Of a DNA stretch of 49,302 nucleotides, positions 27,684 to 39,283 are shown in pieces; position 1 is the stretch's first letter; each line of letters opens with the position of its first letter. The position numbers and the translations under genes are program-made. The stretch comes from Candidatus Nomurabacteria bacterium RIFCSPHIGHO2_01_FULL_40_20 (lineage in GTDB: Bacteria; Patescibacteriota; Minisyncoccia; Phycocordibacterales; UBA9973), in the NCBI GenBank assembly GCA_001786835.1, contig MFTO01000001.1, positions 1 through 49,302 on the forward strand, written 5' to 3'. The notes under the pieces are model-generated. The model had not been told where the DNA came from. It searched no databases and was given only the letters and a program-made list of their open reading frames with translations.

Positions 27684-29369
27684 CTAATAAACTTCCTTGT
27701 TATAACATTGCTCACAGTAAATTATCTCTGGGCGCTCCGGCGCATAACTTGTTTCAAATTCGTTTTGACAGCCTTTATTCATACATTTTCTGTGCCAAAG
27801 TTTATTCGGATTTTGAAGTTTTATACGTTCACTAGTTCTGCAAAAGAAACACTTTCTTGGAATTGGAATTTGGTATTTTTGATAAAAAATTAATTCATTT
27901 TTCACAATTTTATAATTTCTCTCACATTTCTCACAAGCTAGTGTTTCGTTTAGAATACTGTCTCCTACGTCATTTATAGAATCTGGAATACTATCTCTGG
28001 GCATTGTTTCCTTGCCAGTAGTTTTTTGTAAGTTATCCCACCACTTAAAGCCAGCTTTTAATGCCTCATCTTTACTCAACGGAAAATACTCTTGTGCCAT
28101 AGTTTCGTTGTAGCCAAAGTTGGACATATCACTTGGAAAAAATTCCCCCCATTCTCCCGTGTTTTTCATGTGTTCAATAATTTTATCCTTTAATTTCAAA
28201 TATTCTTCTTTAGTGTATTGTTTATTTAAAATACAATACTCTCCATGTTTAATTCCAGAACAAGCAAATAGATGTTTAGATGAATGACAATTTTCTACAT
28301 AGGCAATTTCTTGATTTTTTAAAGAAAAAATTGAGAAAAGTGCTCGATAATCATGGTCAGGAGTTAAACCCTCATAGCACTCCTCACATTTTCCTGCTGG
28401 AGTCATATCGTAACTATCTTTTATATCCCCTCCTATCAACAAAAACCTTACATTTTCAGAATTTCTTGCTACAAAAGAATCTTTCACATTTTTACAATCC
28501 ATAATCAAATCTCCAGTAGAATTTATACTATTAACCACATAGGCATATCTTCTTATTTCTTTTAAAAGAAAATCTGCGAATTCTTTTTTTGCTCTTTCGT
28601 TACCGGAATAAGTTTCCAAATGATAACCTTCAACAATCTTTTCATATTCTTCCTTGGTGTATTGTTTATTTAAAATACAATACTTTTTCTGGCGTAAGTT
28701 TACGCACATAAAACAATCAGAACAACCTTTGGAGTCTACACAAAAAGAACAATCATTAAGCCCCGTGGAAGAATAGCAACTTCGGCAGTCATAACAACTC
28801 TCTAAAAATATAGAATCGTAAATAATTTGTGAATTGTAAAAGAGATTAAGAGAATCCATAACGTCCCTGGTTTCTGGCCCCGCAACAGAATAAGAATACA
28901 TCACATCTTCACTATACCAAGACATTGACACCATATAGCAATTTTTCGCAAATGTAACATTTTGCGTATACTCACAATTTACACTTCCAACACCGTCGTC
29001 ATTTATAAGTGATAATAATGGCACTTTATCTTGTAGTTCACGAAATTGTTCAAAAAACGGACGTGTGAAATCAAAATCTTTACCATAAGATTTTGGATCC
29101 CATTTGTCACCCCACCAGCATTTATTGCAATACACTGTAAGAGGTTTATCAGGATGATATAGAGAAATTATTTTCTTTTCGCACATATTACAAGTACGGT
29201 TATAAAAACTCAAATCATTCCGCCATGCTAGACGTCTTTGAAGACGACAATCTGGACAAAACGTCGGCGCCGGTACTCCTATTTTTTCATAAAACGAAAA
29301 ATCATCCGGTTCAATCACGAAATCTTTTTTGCAATTTTGGCATGTTTTGTTTTCTACTTTATACTCCAT
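27684..29369 (-). CDS. Cys-rich repeat protein (paralogue 2)
   Basis: Same architecture; YCILNKQYTKEEY occurs twice. Confidence 0.85.
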   Translation of the reverse strand: MEYKVENKTCQNCKKDFVIEPDDFSFYEKIGVPAPTFCPDCRLQRRLAWRNDLSFYNRTCNMCEKKIISLYHPDKPLTVYCNKCWWGDKWDPKSYGKDFDFTRPFFEQFRELQDKVPLLSLINDDGVGSVNCEYTQNVTFAKNCYMVSMSWYSEDVMYSYSVAGPETRDVMDSLNLFYNSQIIYDSIFLESCYDCRSCYSSTGLNDCSFCVDSKGCSDCFMCVNLRQKKYCILNKQYTKEEYEKIVEGYHLETYSGNERAKKEFADFLLKEIRRYAYVVNSINSTGDLIMDCKNVKDSFVARNSENVRFLLIGGDIKDSYDMTPAGKCEECYEGLTPDHDYRALFSIFSLKNQEIAYVENCHSSKHLFACSGIKHGEYCILNKQYTKEEYLKLKDKIIEHMKNTGEWGEFFPSDMSNFGYNETMAQEYFPLSKDEALKAGFKWWDNLQKTTGKETMPRDSIPDSINDVGDSILNETLACEKCERNYKIVKNELIFYQKYQIPIPRKCFFCRTSERIKLQNPNKLWHRKCMNKGCQNEFETSYAPERPEIIYCEQCYNKEVY

Positions 29370-29384
29370 ATTTTAACCATTCTC

Positions 29385-30623
29385 CTATTCGTACGAATTA
29401 GAGAATACAATTTCGCTTGTTGGTTGTCTTTTCCAAAAATGAAGAATGAAAAAGCCAGTCAGTACGAAAATAGTCAAAATACCCATAGCGAGGCGATAGG
29501 AAGATGGTTCACTACCTAGGAATAAAATGGTTCCACCCCAAGCCAGAGGCCCGACAAAAGTCGCGAACCGCTCCATTAGAGTGTAAAAAGAAAATCCGTA
29601 ACCCATATCATCTTTCGTAAGTAAAGTGCTCATATAAGCGCGAGTAACAGCCCACATCGAGCCAATTAAAAGTCCCACTGGAACAGTCAAAATAAAAAAC
29701 ATTTTAAAACTAGGCGCTAGAGCTATAGCTGGTAAAATAACCACCCAACCTAGAAGTATTATCTTTAACGTTTTAAGAGCACCTATGCGGTCAGCTATCC
29801 ACCCCCCTAAAATTCCACCTATAGCTCCAGTTAAAATTATACCCATCAGGAGGATTGATTTTGTCTTGTCCGGCACAGAAAATACACGCTCTATGTAGAT
29901 AGAATAATTATTACTCGCCGTAATCAGGGCGTCATTAAAAAAGAAAAAAGCGACGAGCATCGGAGCCGCAATAGAAATTCTGAAAAAATTAAACATCTTG
30001 CTTTTAAATATTTTGGTCTCCTCTTTCATCATCCGCAAGGAAATTCCAGACTCCATTTTTCTCTCTTCTTTAAATAAAATCATCATCGGTAAAGCCAAAA
30101 CAAAGAAAATCCCTATCGCTGGAATTAGGGGGTCCAGTCTAGAGGCAGATAGTGGAAGCGTTACCAGAAGACCACAGATTTGACCTAGAGCATTTGAGGA
30201 TTGGCCGATGCCAGAAGCGCGAGCGCGATGGCCTTCGTCAGCAATATCTGCAATCATTGGATTAAAAAATACAAACGAAAGTTGATAAAAATATTGGCCG
30301 AGCAAAAAGAAAAGAGCAACTAGAAAAATATTCGGAGTATCAGCATAAGCAAACAGTACTACTAGACTATAACTTATAAAAGTGCCAAAAGTCGCAATAT
30401 TTAAGAAAAATTTCCTTCCACCATGTTTGTCTGTATAAGCCGCGAGAGTAGGCGCGCTGAAAAGCAAGATAATAGTAGTGATAGCGAAAATAGCGTTATA
30501 CCAAAAATCCGACAGTCCTCCATCTATCACCAGCCATTGTCCGAAGTAAAGGAGAAAGTTTATTAAAACAAAGGAATTAGCGAAGTCATACAAACACCAC
30601 AGAAAAAGACGTTTCTTATTCAT
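29385..30623 (-). CDS. MFS transporter (UMF1/Atg22-like)
   Basis: WCLYDFANS, 12 TM segments, GWIADRIG. Confidence 0.88.
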   Translation of the reverse strand: MNKKRLFLWCLYDFANSFVLINFLLYFGQWLVIDGGLSDFWYNAIFAITTIILLFSAPTLAAYTDKHGGRKFFLNIATFGTFISYSLVVLFAYADTPNIFLVALFFLLGQYFYQLSFVFFNPMIADIADEGHRARASGIGQSSNALGQICGLLVTLPLSASRLDPLIPAIGIFFVLALPMMILFKEERKMESGISLRMMKEETKIFKSKMFNFFRISIAAPMLVAFFFFNDALITASNNYSIYIERVFSVPDKTKSILLMGIILTGAIGGILGGWIADRIGALKTLKIILLGWVVILPAIALAPSFKMFFILTVPVGLLIGSMWAVTRAYMSTLLTKDDMGYGFSFYTLMERFATFVGPLAWGGTILFLGSEPSSYRLAMGILTIFVLTGFFILHFWKRQPTSEIVFSNSYE

Positions 30624-30641
30624 AAAATGATTTTACCATAA

Positions 30642-32396
30642 TTAATAGACTTCTTTTTGATAACATTGTTTGCAGAAAATTTTCTCGGGACGGCTAGGCG
30701 CATACATTGTCTCAAATTCATTCATGCATTTACCATCATGTTCATGTCCTGCCAAATCACACATACAATCTCGCTTGTAGAAACGAAAAGGATTTTTCCA
30801 TTTCAACCTTTGATAATATCTACAATTTGGGCAAAGTCTCGGCAACGGTAAGTTCATTTGCCTGTAAAAGGCGAGTTCGTCTCTTAAAATTCTATAAGCT
30901 GAAAGGCATTGTGTTTTAGTGTCACCTTTATTGGGACATTTTATGACTTCATCACAAATAGCATCAGAAACATCATGTATGGAATCTAGTAAATCTTCTG
31001 TAGTTACAGTCGATGAATAAGATTTTAATTCTGGCTCCTTCCATTTATAACCCAGTAAAATGGCTTCCTCTTTTGTAATCGGGTGTTCTTCAAAAGCGAT
31101 AGTTTCATTATAGGCAAAAGGTGAAATTTCTTCAGGAAAGTATTCACCATATAGGTATTTTCTGCCTATTTTATTTATATATGGCATTTCGTTCATATGT
31201 ACTTTTATTCTATCGACAAGTTCAAAATACTCATCTTTCCCATATTGCTTGTTTAAAATACAATATTGTTTTTTATTTAAACCCGCACAACCAAAACAAT
31301 CGGAACACCCTTTACACTGGTCAGAATAAAATAAATTTTTGCTTCCACCTCCACAACTAAAAGAATAAAAAACTCTACTTCCACCTCTCCCGCCGATAGC
31401 AAATTCATAACACTCTTCCACTTTACCCGTAAAAACTAAATCTTGCGAATCTTTTGTTGTATTCACTCCAAAAAATACATACTTCATATTTTCTCCATCA
31501 ACAAGCCCATAGCAGTGATATATGTTTTTTGAATTTTCTATAAAATCTCCAACCACATTTACTGAATTTTTTATATACGCATGTTTATGTATGGCTTTTT
31601 TTGCAAGTTCCGTAAATTTATCTTTTGCTTCACACTGTCCTGAATACGTATCTAATTTTAATGTAGTAATGCTATTTTCATATTCCTCTTTTGTAAGTTG
31701 TTTATTTCTGAAAACATAACTTTTATTACGTAAACTTGAAGATATACAGCAGTTATTGCAATTTGAACAGTCATATAAAAAATGAGAACTAATGCATCGA
31801 TCGCTTTCAACTAAAAAAGTCGAGTTATAATTTTGACTTGAGCGTACAAGTTCATATCCCTTTTCATTGGCTTTGATTATGAGAGAATCGAGGCAATTCT
31901 TATTATGCTTAAAAAAACATCGCGAATATTTGATGTTTTCATTGGACGGACTAACAAAAGACAAATAAATATTTTTGCTTGTATAACAAAAATTAGCATA
32001 TTCACAACCCTCTCCATTTCTCTCATTCTGGTCGAGCGCTCGATGCGGAACAACACTCTTTAACTTTTTGAATTGTTCAAAAAAGGGTTCTGAAAAATCG
32101 TAATCTCTGCCATAATCGAATGCATCCCAATTATCGCTTAAATGACATTTTACACACCAAGTAGGAATAAGGGAATCAGAACTATACATAGAAATTATAG
32201 ATTTTTTACAGTTCTCACAGTTACGCTTATATAAAGACCGCTCGTTTACAAAAGTTAATTTTCTTATAAATCTGCAATGAGGACACCAAGTCGGCGCTGG
32301 CACGCCTATTTTTTCATAAAACGAAAAATCATCCGGCTCAATCACGAAATCTTTTTTGCAATTCTGGCACCCTACATTTTTTGATTTGTATTCCAT
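30642..32396 (-). CDS. Cys-rich repeat protein (paralogue 3)
   Basis: Same architecture; N-terminus nearly identical to paralogue 2. Confidence 0.85.
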   Translation of the reverse strand: MEYKSKNVGCQNCKKDFVIEPDDFSFYEKIGVPAPTWCPHCRFIRKLTFVNERSLYKRNCENCKKSIISMYSSDSLIPTWCVKCHLSDNWDAFDYGRDYDFSEPFFEQFKKLKSVVPHRALDQNERNGEGCEYANFCYTSKNIYLSFVSPSNENIKYSRCFFKHNKNCLDSLIIKANEKGYELVRSSQNYNSTFLVESDRCISSHFLYDCSNCNNCCISSSLRNKSYVFRNKQLTKEEYENSITTLKLDTYSGQCEAKDKFTELAKKAIHKHAYIKNSVNVVGDFIENSKNIYHCYGLVDGENMKYVFFGVNTTKDSQDLVFTGKVEECYEFAIGGRGGSRVFYSFSCGGGSKNLFYSDQCKGCSDCFGCAGLNKKQYCILNKQYGKDEYFELVDRIKVHMNEMPYINKIGRKYLYGEYFPEEISPFAYNETIAFEEHPITKEEAILLGYKWKEPELKSYSSTVTTEDLLDSIHDVSDAICDEVIKCPNKGDTKTQCLSAYRILRDELAFYRQMNLPLPRLCPNCRYYQRLKWKNPFRFYKRDCMCDLAGHEHDGKCMNEFETMYAPSRPEKIFCKQCYQKEVY

Positions 32397-32398
32397 AT

Positions 32399-32434
32399 TT
32401 TTTCATTCTAACATTCTATAGAACATTGGAATGA
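32399..32434. repeat. Second copy of the 36-bp palindrome
   Basis: Identical to 24171-24206. Confidence 0.9.
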
Positions 32435-32439
32435 TATTT

Positions 32440-33141
32440 TTAGAGCTTCTCTGGTATCAAAAGCGCTACGGATTCAATCAAAGTCTTTGGAGAGGAGCCC
32501 GATTGACGGAGAAACTGCCGAGCTTTCATTATCTGCTCAAACACTCGTACACTTTCTTTACCCCATAGGAATTTCCTATGTGGGGCATGGAGGGCAAGCT
32601 CAAGAGTATTTAGAAATTTTAAGGCTTTACTCCTGATAGAGTCGTCCATTATTTCATTTTCCGGCTCTACCAGTAATTCTTTTAAAAAATCAATTCTACC
32701 TCTCAGTGAGAGTTTTATAAATTTTTCCCCCAGAGCTATATCTCCTTTTTTATCGTCCGCAGAAATAACATAGAACCTAGAAACCAAAGTCGGCAGAAGC
32801 GCGTTTACATCCGGAACAACCAGAAAAAAGTGAGTATTCTCTATCGGCTCTTCAAAGAGCTTGAGCATTGTCCCTTGCGCGTCTAGAGAAAAATTATTAG
32901 CGCAGATTATAAAAAATTTCTTCTCTCCTATTCCCCGCTCGCTACTCATGTCTTTGAGAGAGAAAGCTTCGTCAATTTTAAAATTATCAATGGCTATGTG
33001 AACCAAATCTGGGCTCGAAGGAGAAATATCAAAAATTTTCAAAAATTCCAAAATGGATTTTGTGATTTCTTCCCTCGCTCCTTCCACTAAATAAGCATGA
33101 TGTAGATTTTCTTTATCAAAATGTTTATTGATTAGGTTCAT
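32440..33141 (-). CDS. holB: DNA polymerase III delta-prime-like subunit
   Basis: LHHAYLVEG, AQGTMLKLFEEP, LLPTLVSR. Confidence 0.8.
   Translation of the reverse strand: MNLINKHFDKENLHHAYLVEGAREEITKSILEFLKIFDISPSSPDLVHIAIDNFKIDEAFSLKDMSSERGIGEKKFFIICANNFSLDAQGTMLKLFEEPIENTHFFLVVPDVNALLPTLVSRFYVISADDKKGDIALGEKFIKLSLRGRIDFLKELLVEPENEIMDDSIRSKALKFLNTLELALHAPHRKFLWGKESVRVFEQIMKARQFLRQSGSSPKTLIESVALLIPEKL
32561..32586. repeat. Palindrome in-frame in holB
   Basis: ccccataggaa-t-ttcctatgtgggg, encodes PHRKFLWG. Confidence 0.7.
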
Positions 33142-33187
33142 AGGTTCTAGGTTCTAGAAGCTAGTCACTAGCAACTAGTCCCTAATC

Positions 33188-33188
<1 letters not shown>
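33141..33188. repeat. Degenerate 7-nt periodic repeat (TAGnnnC) filling the mreB-holB spacer
   Basis: taggttc taggttc tagaagc tagtcac tagcaac tagtccc taatct. Confidence 0.8.
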
Positions 33189-35767
<2,579 letters not shown>

Positions 35768-35782
35768 AGCAAAATAAAAAAT

Positions 35783-37114
35783 ATGGATAAAGAAAAAAAG
35801 AACGGGCGCGGATTTATAGACATCCTCGTAGGGCTTCAATGGGGCGACGAGGGCAAAGGTAAAAATATTGACGACCTTCTTTTATCTAAAACATATCAAG
35901 GTGTTGCTCGCTTTCAAGGCGGAGCTAATGCGGGACACACTTTAAACTCCGCCGGAGTGAGCTTCATCGGGCACATCATCCCTTCAGGGTGTTTGCATGA
36001 AGGCATAGAACTCTACATCGGAAGTGAAGTTGTGGTAGATGTGGTTTCCTTGGTAAAAGAAATAAAAGAACTCAAAGAAAAAGGTTTTGATATTCTGCCG
36101 AGACTCTACATTTCCAATCGCGCAAAATTGGTCTCCTATATGCACCCATTTTTGGACCTTGCGGACGAAGCTTATCGCCAGGGATTCGGAGGCAAAATCG
36201 GCACGACTGCCAGGGGCATCGGTCCGGCATACAGTGATTCGCGGGCCAGACGCGGGCTTCTAGTAGGAGATGTGTTGTATGAAGATTTCAGCGATAAATC
36301 AGAAAATCTTGCCTTATTTCATAAAAACTTATTAAAACTCTACGCACAGGAGTATGGCTTTGAAATTCCAATGGAAAAAATAAAAGAGTCTAGAGAAAAT
36401 TGGTTAAACGCAATTGAAGAATTACGAAAAATGAATATTTGCGAACTTTCTAAACTCATAAACGAACGACTACAAGAAGGTAAAAATATTTTAGCCGAAG
36501 GCGCGCAAGGCATAATGCTCGACATTGATTTTGGAGATTATCCAAATGTGACGAGCTCGAACACCTTGCCTGCAAATATGTGCCTCGGACTCGGAGTGCC
36601 CCACGGCTATATCAGAAATATTTACGGCGTGATGAAAGCTTATACCACCAAAGTCGGAGGCGGACATTTCCCGGCTAGAATTTCCGACGAAAAAACAGAG
36701 AAACTTTTCCAAGACGCCGGCAATGAATTTGGCGCCACCACGGGGAGACCGCGGATGTGCGGATGGCTGGATTTGTTTGCCCTTGAATACGCAATAAGAA
36801 TTTCGGGAGTTAATAAAATTTTCATAAATAAAGCCGATATCTGTCCGACAGAAAAAGTAAAAGTCGTCACCGCCTATAAAAAAGATGGGAAAATCACGGA
36901 GGAATTCCCTCTCCGGCTCAACGACATCACCGAAGTCACCACGCAAGATTTGCCCGGCTGGGGCCAAGCGAACTTCGGCGTCAATAAAAAAGAAAACGCC
37001 TCGCCCGAACTCCTAACCTATTTAAACTATGTAAAACAAAAACTCGCCCCCTTCGGCGCCGAAATCATCTCCGTCGGCACCGGCCCCTCCCGTGAGCATT
37101 CGTTTGAGTTTTAG
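35783..37114 (+). CDS. purA: Adenylosuccinate synthetase
   Basis: GLQWGDEGKGK, GGANAGHT, EGAQG, GATTGRPRMCGWLD. Confidence 0.97.
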   Translation: MDKEKKNGRGFIDILVGLQWGDEGKGKNIDDLLLSKTYQGVARFQGGANAGHTLNSAGVSFIGHIIPSGCLHEGIELYIGSEVVVDVVSLVKEIKELKEKGFDILPRLYISNRAKLVSYMHPFLDLADEAYRQGFGGKIGTTARGIGPAYSDSRARRGLLVGDVLYEDFSDKSENLALFHKNLLKLYAQEYGFEIPMEKIKESRENWLNAIEELRKMNICELSKLINERLQEGKNILAEGAQGIMLDIDFGDYPNVTSSNTLPANMCLGLGVPHGYIRNIYGVMKAYTTKVGGGHFPARISDEKTEKLFQDAGNEFGATTGRPRMCGWLDLFALEYAIRISGVNKIFINKADICPTEKVKVVTAYKKDGKITEEFPLRLNDITEVTTQDLPGWGQANFGVNKKENASPELLTYLNYVKQKLAPFGAEIISVGTGPSREHSFEF

Positions 37115-37128
37115 TAACAAAAAGAACA

Positions 37129-37710
37129 ATGGATAATAACACATCCTTTAATTCAACAATATATTCTTACGACAAAACAAAAGTTGGAAAAAGAATAGCA
37201 AGAAGCACAGATCGCTCTGTCTATAAATATGGAGAAAATGAGGTGATTAAATTCTCTTTCCTTGTCTTTTTTGTAAAAAAAATACGCAACAAGATGTTGA
37301 ATGATTATACAACTTGCAAAAAGTATTTAAAAGATTATTTAGTTATAACTACCGACGTAAGCAATCCTCTAAGAAGAGAACATATAGAGATTCAACCTTT
37401 CATACAAGGAGAAATTTTCTCATTAAAGCATACTAAAGATCCTAAACTGAGAATTCAATTAAAAGAAATTGTAGATATATCAGAAAAAATTATCAATGAT
37501 GGTTACAAAGAGGTAGATCTTGTAGGGCATGGCGGAATGTTTACTTTATGTTTAAGCAATATATTAGTAGACAAACAAGGAAAACTCAATATCGTTGATA
37601 TAACTTTCCTAGAAACTCGCTCTCTTGGTTTTGTGGGGTATTTTATAGCACCTTTTATTCCAATAATAAAAGCCCGCCAAAAGTATATAATTAATCGTTT
37701 TCTTAATTGA
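37129..37710 (+). CDS. Hypothetical protein, possible protein-kinase-like fold
   Basis: VIK, DLVG...SNILVD...LNIVD. Confidence 0.55.
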   Translation: MDNNTSFNSTIYSYDKTKVGKRIARSTDRSVYKYGENEVIKFSFLVFFVKKIRNKMLNDYTTCKKYLKDYLVITTDVSNPLRREHIEIQPFIQGEIFSLKHTKDPKLRIQLKEIVDISEKIINDGYKEVDLVGHGGMFTLCLSNILVDKQGKLNIVDITFLETRSLGFVGYFIAPFIPIIKARQKYIINRFLN

Positions 37711-37848
37711 GAAACTAAAAAAACTCCGTATTTAAGTATTCTCAGTAAAAGTGATTCAACCTTTTTATTTATTGTGCTTTGTGGTATAAAAATCTAGATA
37801 AAACAAGTTCTTAACGCTTAAAAAACTCCCACAGGAGGGGGCATTACT

Positions 37849-38226
37849 ATGAACACGATTGATCTTTCTCTCAGAACAGCTTCTGTATTAGTAGCTGTTC
37901 TGTTGATCTACCAACGATTCTTCAGTAAAGGAGGAAGCACTAGACACGTCGTTGGAGGAATAACTACAATGTTTCTCGGTATCCTCATCCTCATATTGGT
38001 AACAATCCGAGGCTTTGGAAAAGAAACTCCGATGACAATGGAATATGGAACACATATTGCAACAGGAACACTTTTTTTTGTTTTGTTATTCGTAACTGTC
38101 GCATTAGGCCTAAAAGCAAAACTAACGAAGAAGCATTCCCCTTTGCATCGCCCAATGGCAAATGCTACATTAGCATCTTTAGTCCTCACTCTCCTTGCAG
38201 CAGCTGTATCCATTACCTCCCATTAA
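37849..38226 (+). CDS. Hypothetical 4-TM membrane protein with intramembrane His residues
   Basis: SD-like aggagg, four hydrophobic segments, own terminator. Confidence 0.65.
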   Translation: MNTIDLSLRTASVLVAVLLIYQRFFSKGGSTRHVVGGITTMFLGILILILVTIRGFGKETPMTMEYGTHIATGTLFFVLLFVTVALGLKAKLTKKHSPLHRPMANATLASLVLTLLAAAVSITSH

Positions 38227-38229
38227 ACC

Positions 38230-38275
38230 AGCGGTTCTCTAGAAACTTAAAAACTTCTAGAGAACCGCTTTTTTT
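38230..38275 (+). terminator. Intrinsic terminator
   Basis: agcggttctctagaa / ttctagagaaccgct followed by a T tract. Confidence 0.88.
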
Positions 38276-38303
38276 ATTTACTGAAACACATTATAATTAG
38301 AAA

Positions 38304-38783
38304 ATGGAAGGTACTTTTTTACGACAGTCTGAGGAGAAAGATGAAAAGGCGGTTTATGATTTGCATGTTGCTGGACTCAAGCAATCTGAAAGTTATATTG
38401 CTGATCCGAGTTCAAGAGAAGAGCTTGATAAGGACTTAAAAAATATAAAAGAATCTTATATTGATAATGGTGGAGAATTTTTAGTACTCACAACTACTGA
38501 CAATGAAATTATCGGTATGGGTGGACTACGCAAAATTGACGACACAACGTCAGAAATAAAAAGAATGCGGGTTAATCTAGGTTTTCAAGGTAAAGGACTC
38601 GGTAGTCTAATTTTAGATAAACTCATAGAGAAAGCAAAAGAATTGGGTTATAAAAAATTAATCTTAGACACAGCACTCAAACAAAAAGTCGCTCAGCATT
38701 TGTATGAATCACGAGGATTTAAAGAATCAAACCGCGGAGAAGTCTTCGGCCAAGAAACCATATACTACGAACTAGAATTATAA
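38304..38783 (+). CDS. GNAT family acetyltransferase
   Basis: EIKRMRV...QGKGLG...AQHLYESRGF. Confidence 0.92.
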   Translation: MEGTFLRQSEEKDEKAVYDLHVAGLKQSESYIADPSSREELDKDLKNIKESYIDNGGEFLVLTTTDNEIIGMGGLRKIDDTTSEIKRMRVNLGFQGKGLGSLILDKLIEKAKELGYKKLILDTALKQKVAQHLYESRGFKESNRGEVFGQETIYYELEL

Positions 38784-38840
38784 ATAAAGAGACCTCCCAG
38801 TTTCATGGAAGGCCTTTTGTTCTCAGAACAACGCATTACG

Positions 38841-39152
38841 TTATCTGAAGATTTTCACGATTATTGCTTTCGCAACATGAGCATTGATCGGTCCGTCAGC
38901 CCCATCTGCAAAAACGAAGGTGGTGTCCTTTGTATACATATTTCCTTCTGCTACGTCCCAACCCTGCTCAGCTACATTCCACAGGAAGATAGTGTCCATC
39001 TCTTGCAGTTTTGCAAAGCTGTCATCTTCAACGACGACATCTGCACCCTGGTAAATGAGACGACACTTAGCAGATGGAGTATCGAGGAAGCAACCTGAGC
39101 AACTGGACAACGAAACACATGCGATCGAAAGAGAGAACAATAGCGTTTTCAT
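38841..39152 (-). CDS. Putative lipoprotein
   Basis: Signal peptide MKTLLFSLSIACVSLSSC; own TTGACA-N17-TATACT promoter; terminator at about 38788-38818. Confidence 0.65.
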   Translation of the reverse strand: MKTLLFSLSIACVSLSSCSGCFLDTPSAKCRLIYQGADVVVEDDSFAKLQEMDTIFLWNVAEQGWDVAEGNMYTKDTTFVFADGADGPINAHVAKAIIVKIFR

Positions 39153-39283
39153 GGCAAAAACTTTGATTTGATTATAAAAATCAGCAAAATTTACTTACTT
39201 TTATAACCAAACCAAAAGCCATTATCTGAGTAGAAGTATAGCATACAATTACCTATTTGTCAATAGTAAATTGACCAAAATGA

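Noticed and set aside
24171-32434. 36-bp repeat as a CRISPR repeat
   Set aside because: Only two copies 8.2 kb apart, no spacers and no cas genes
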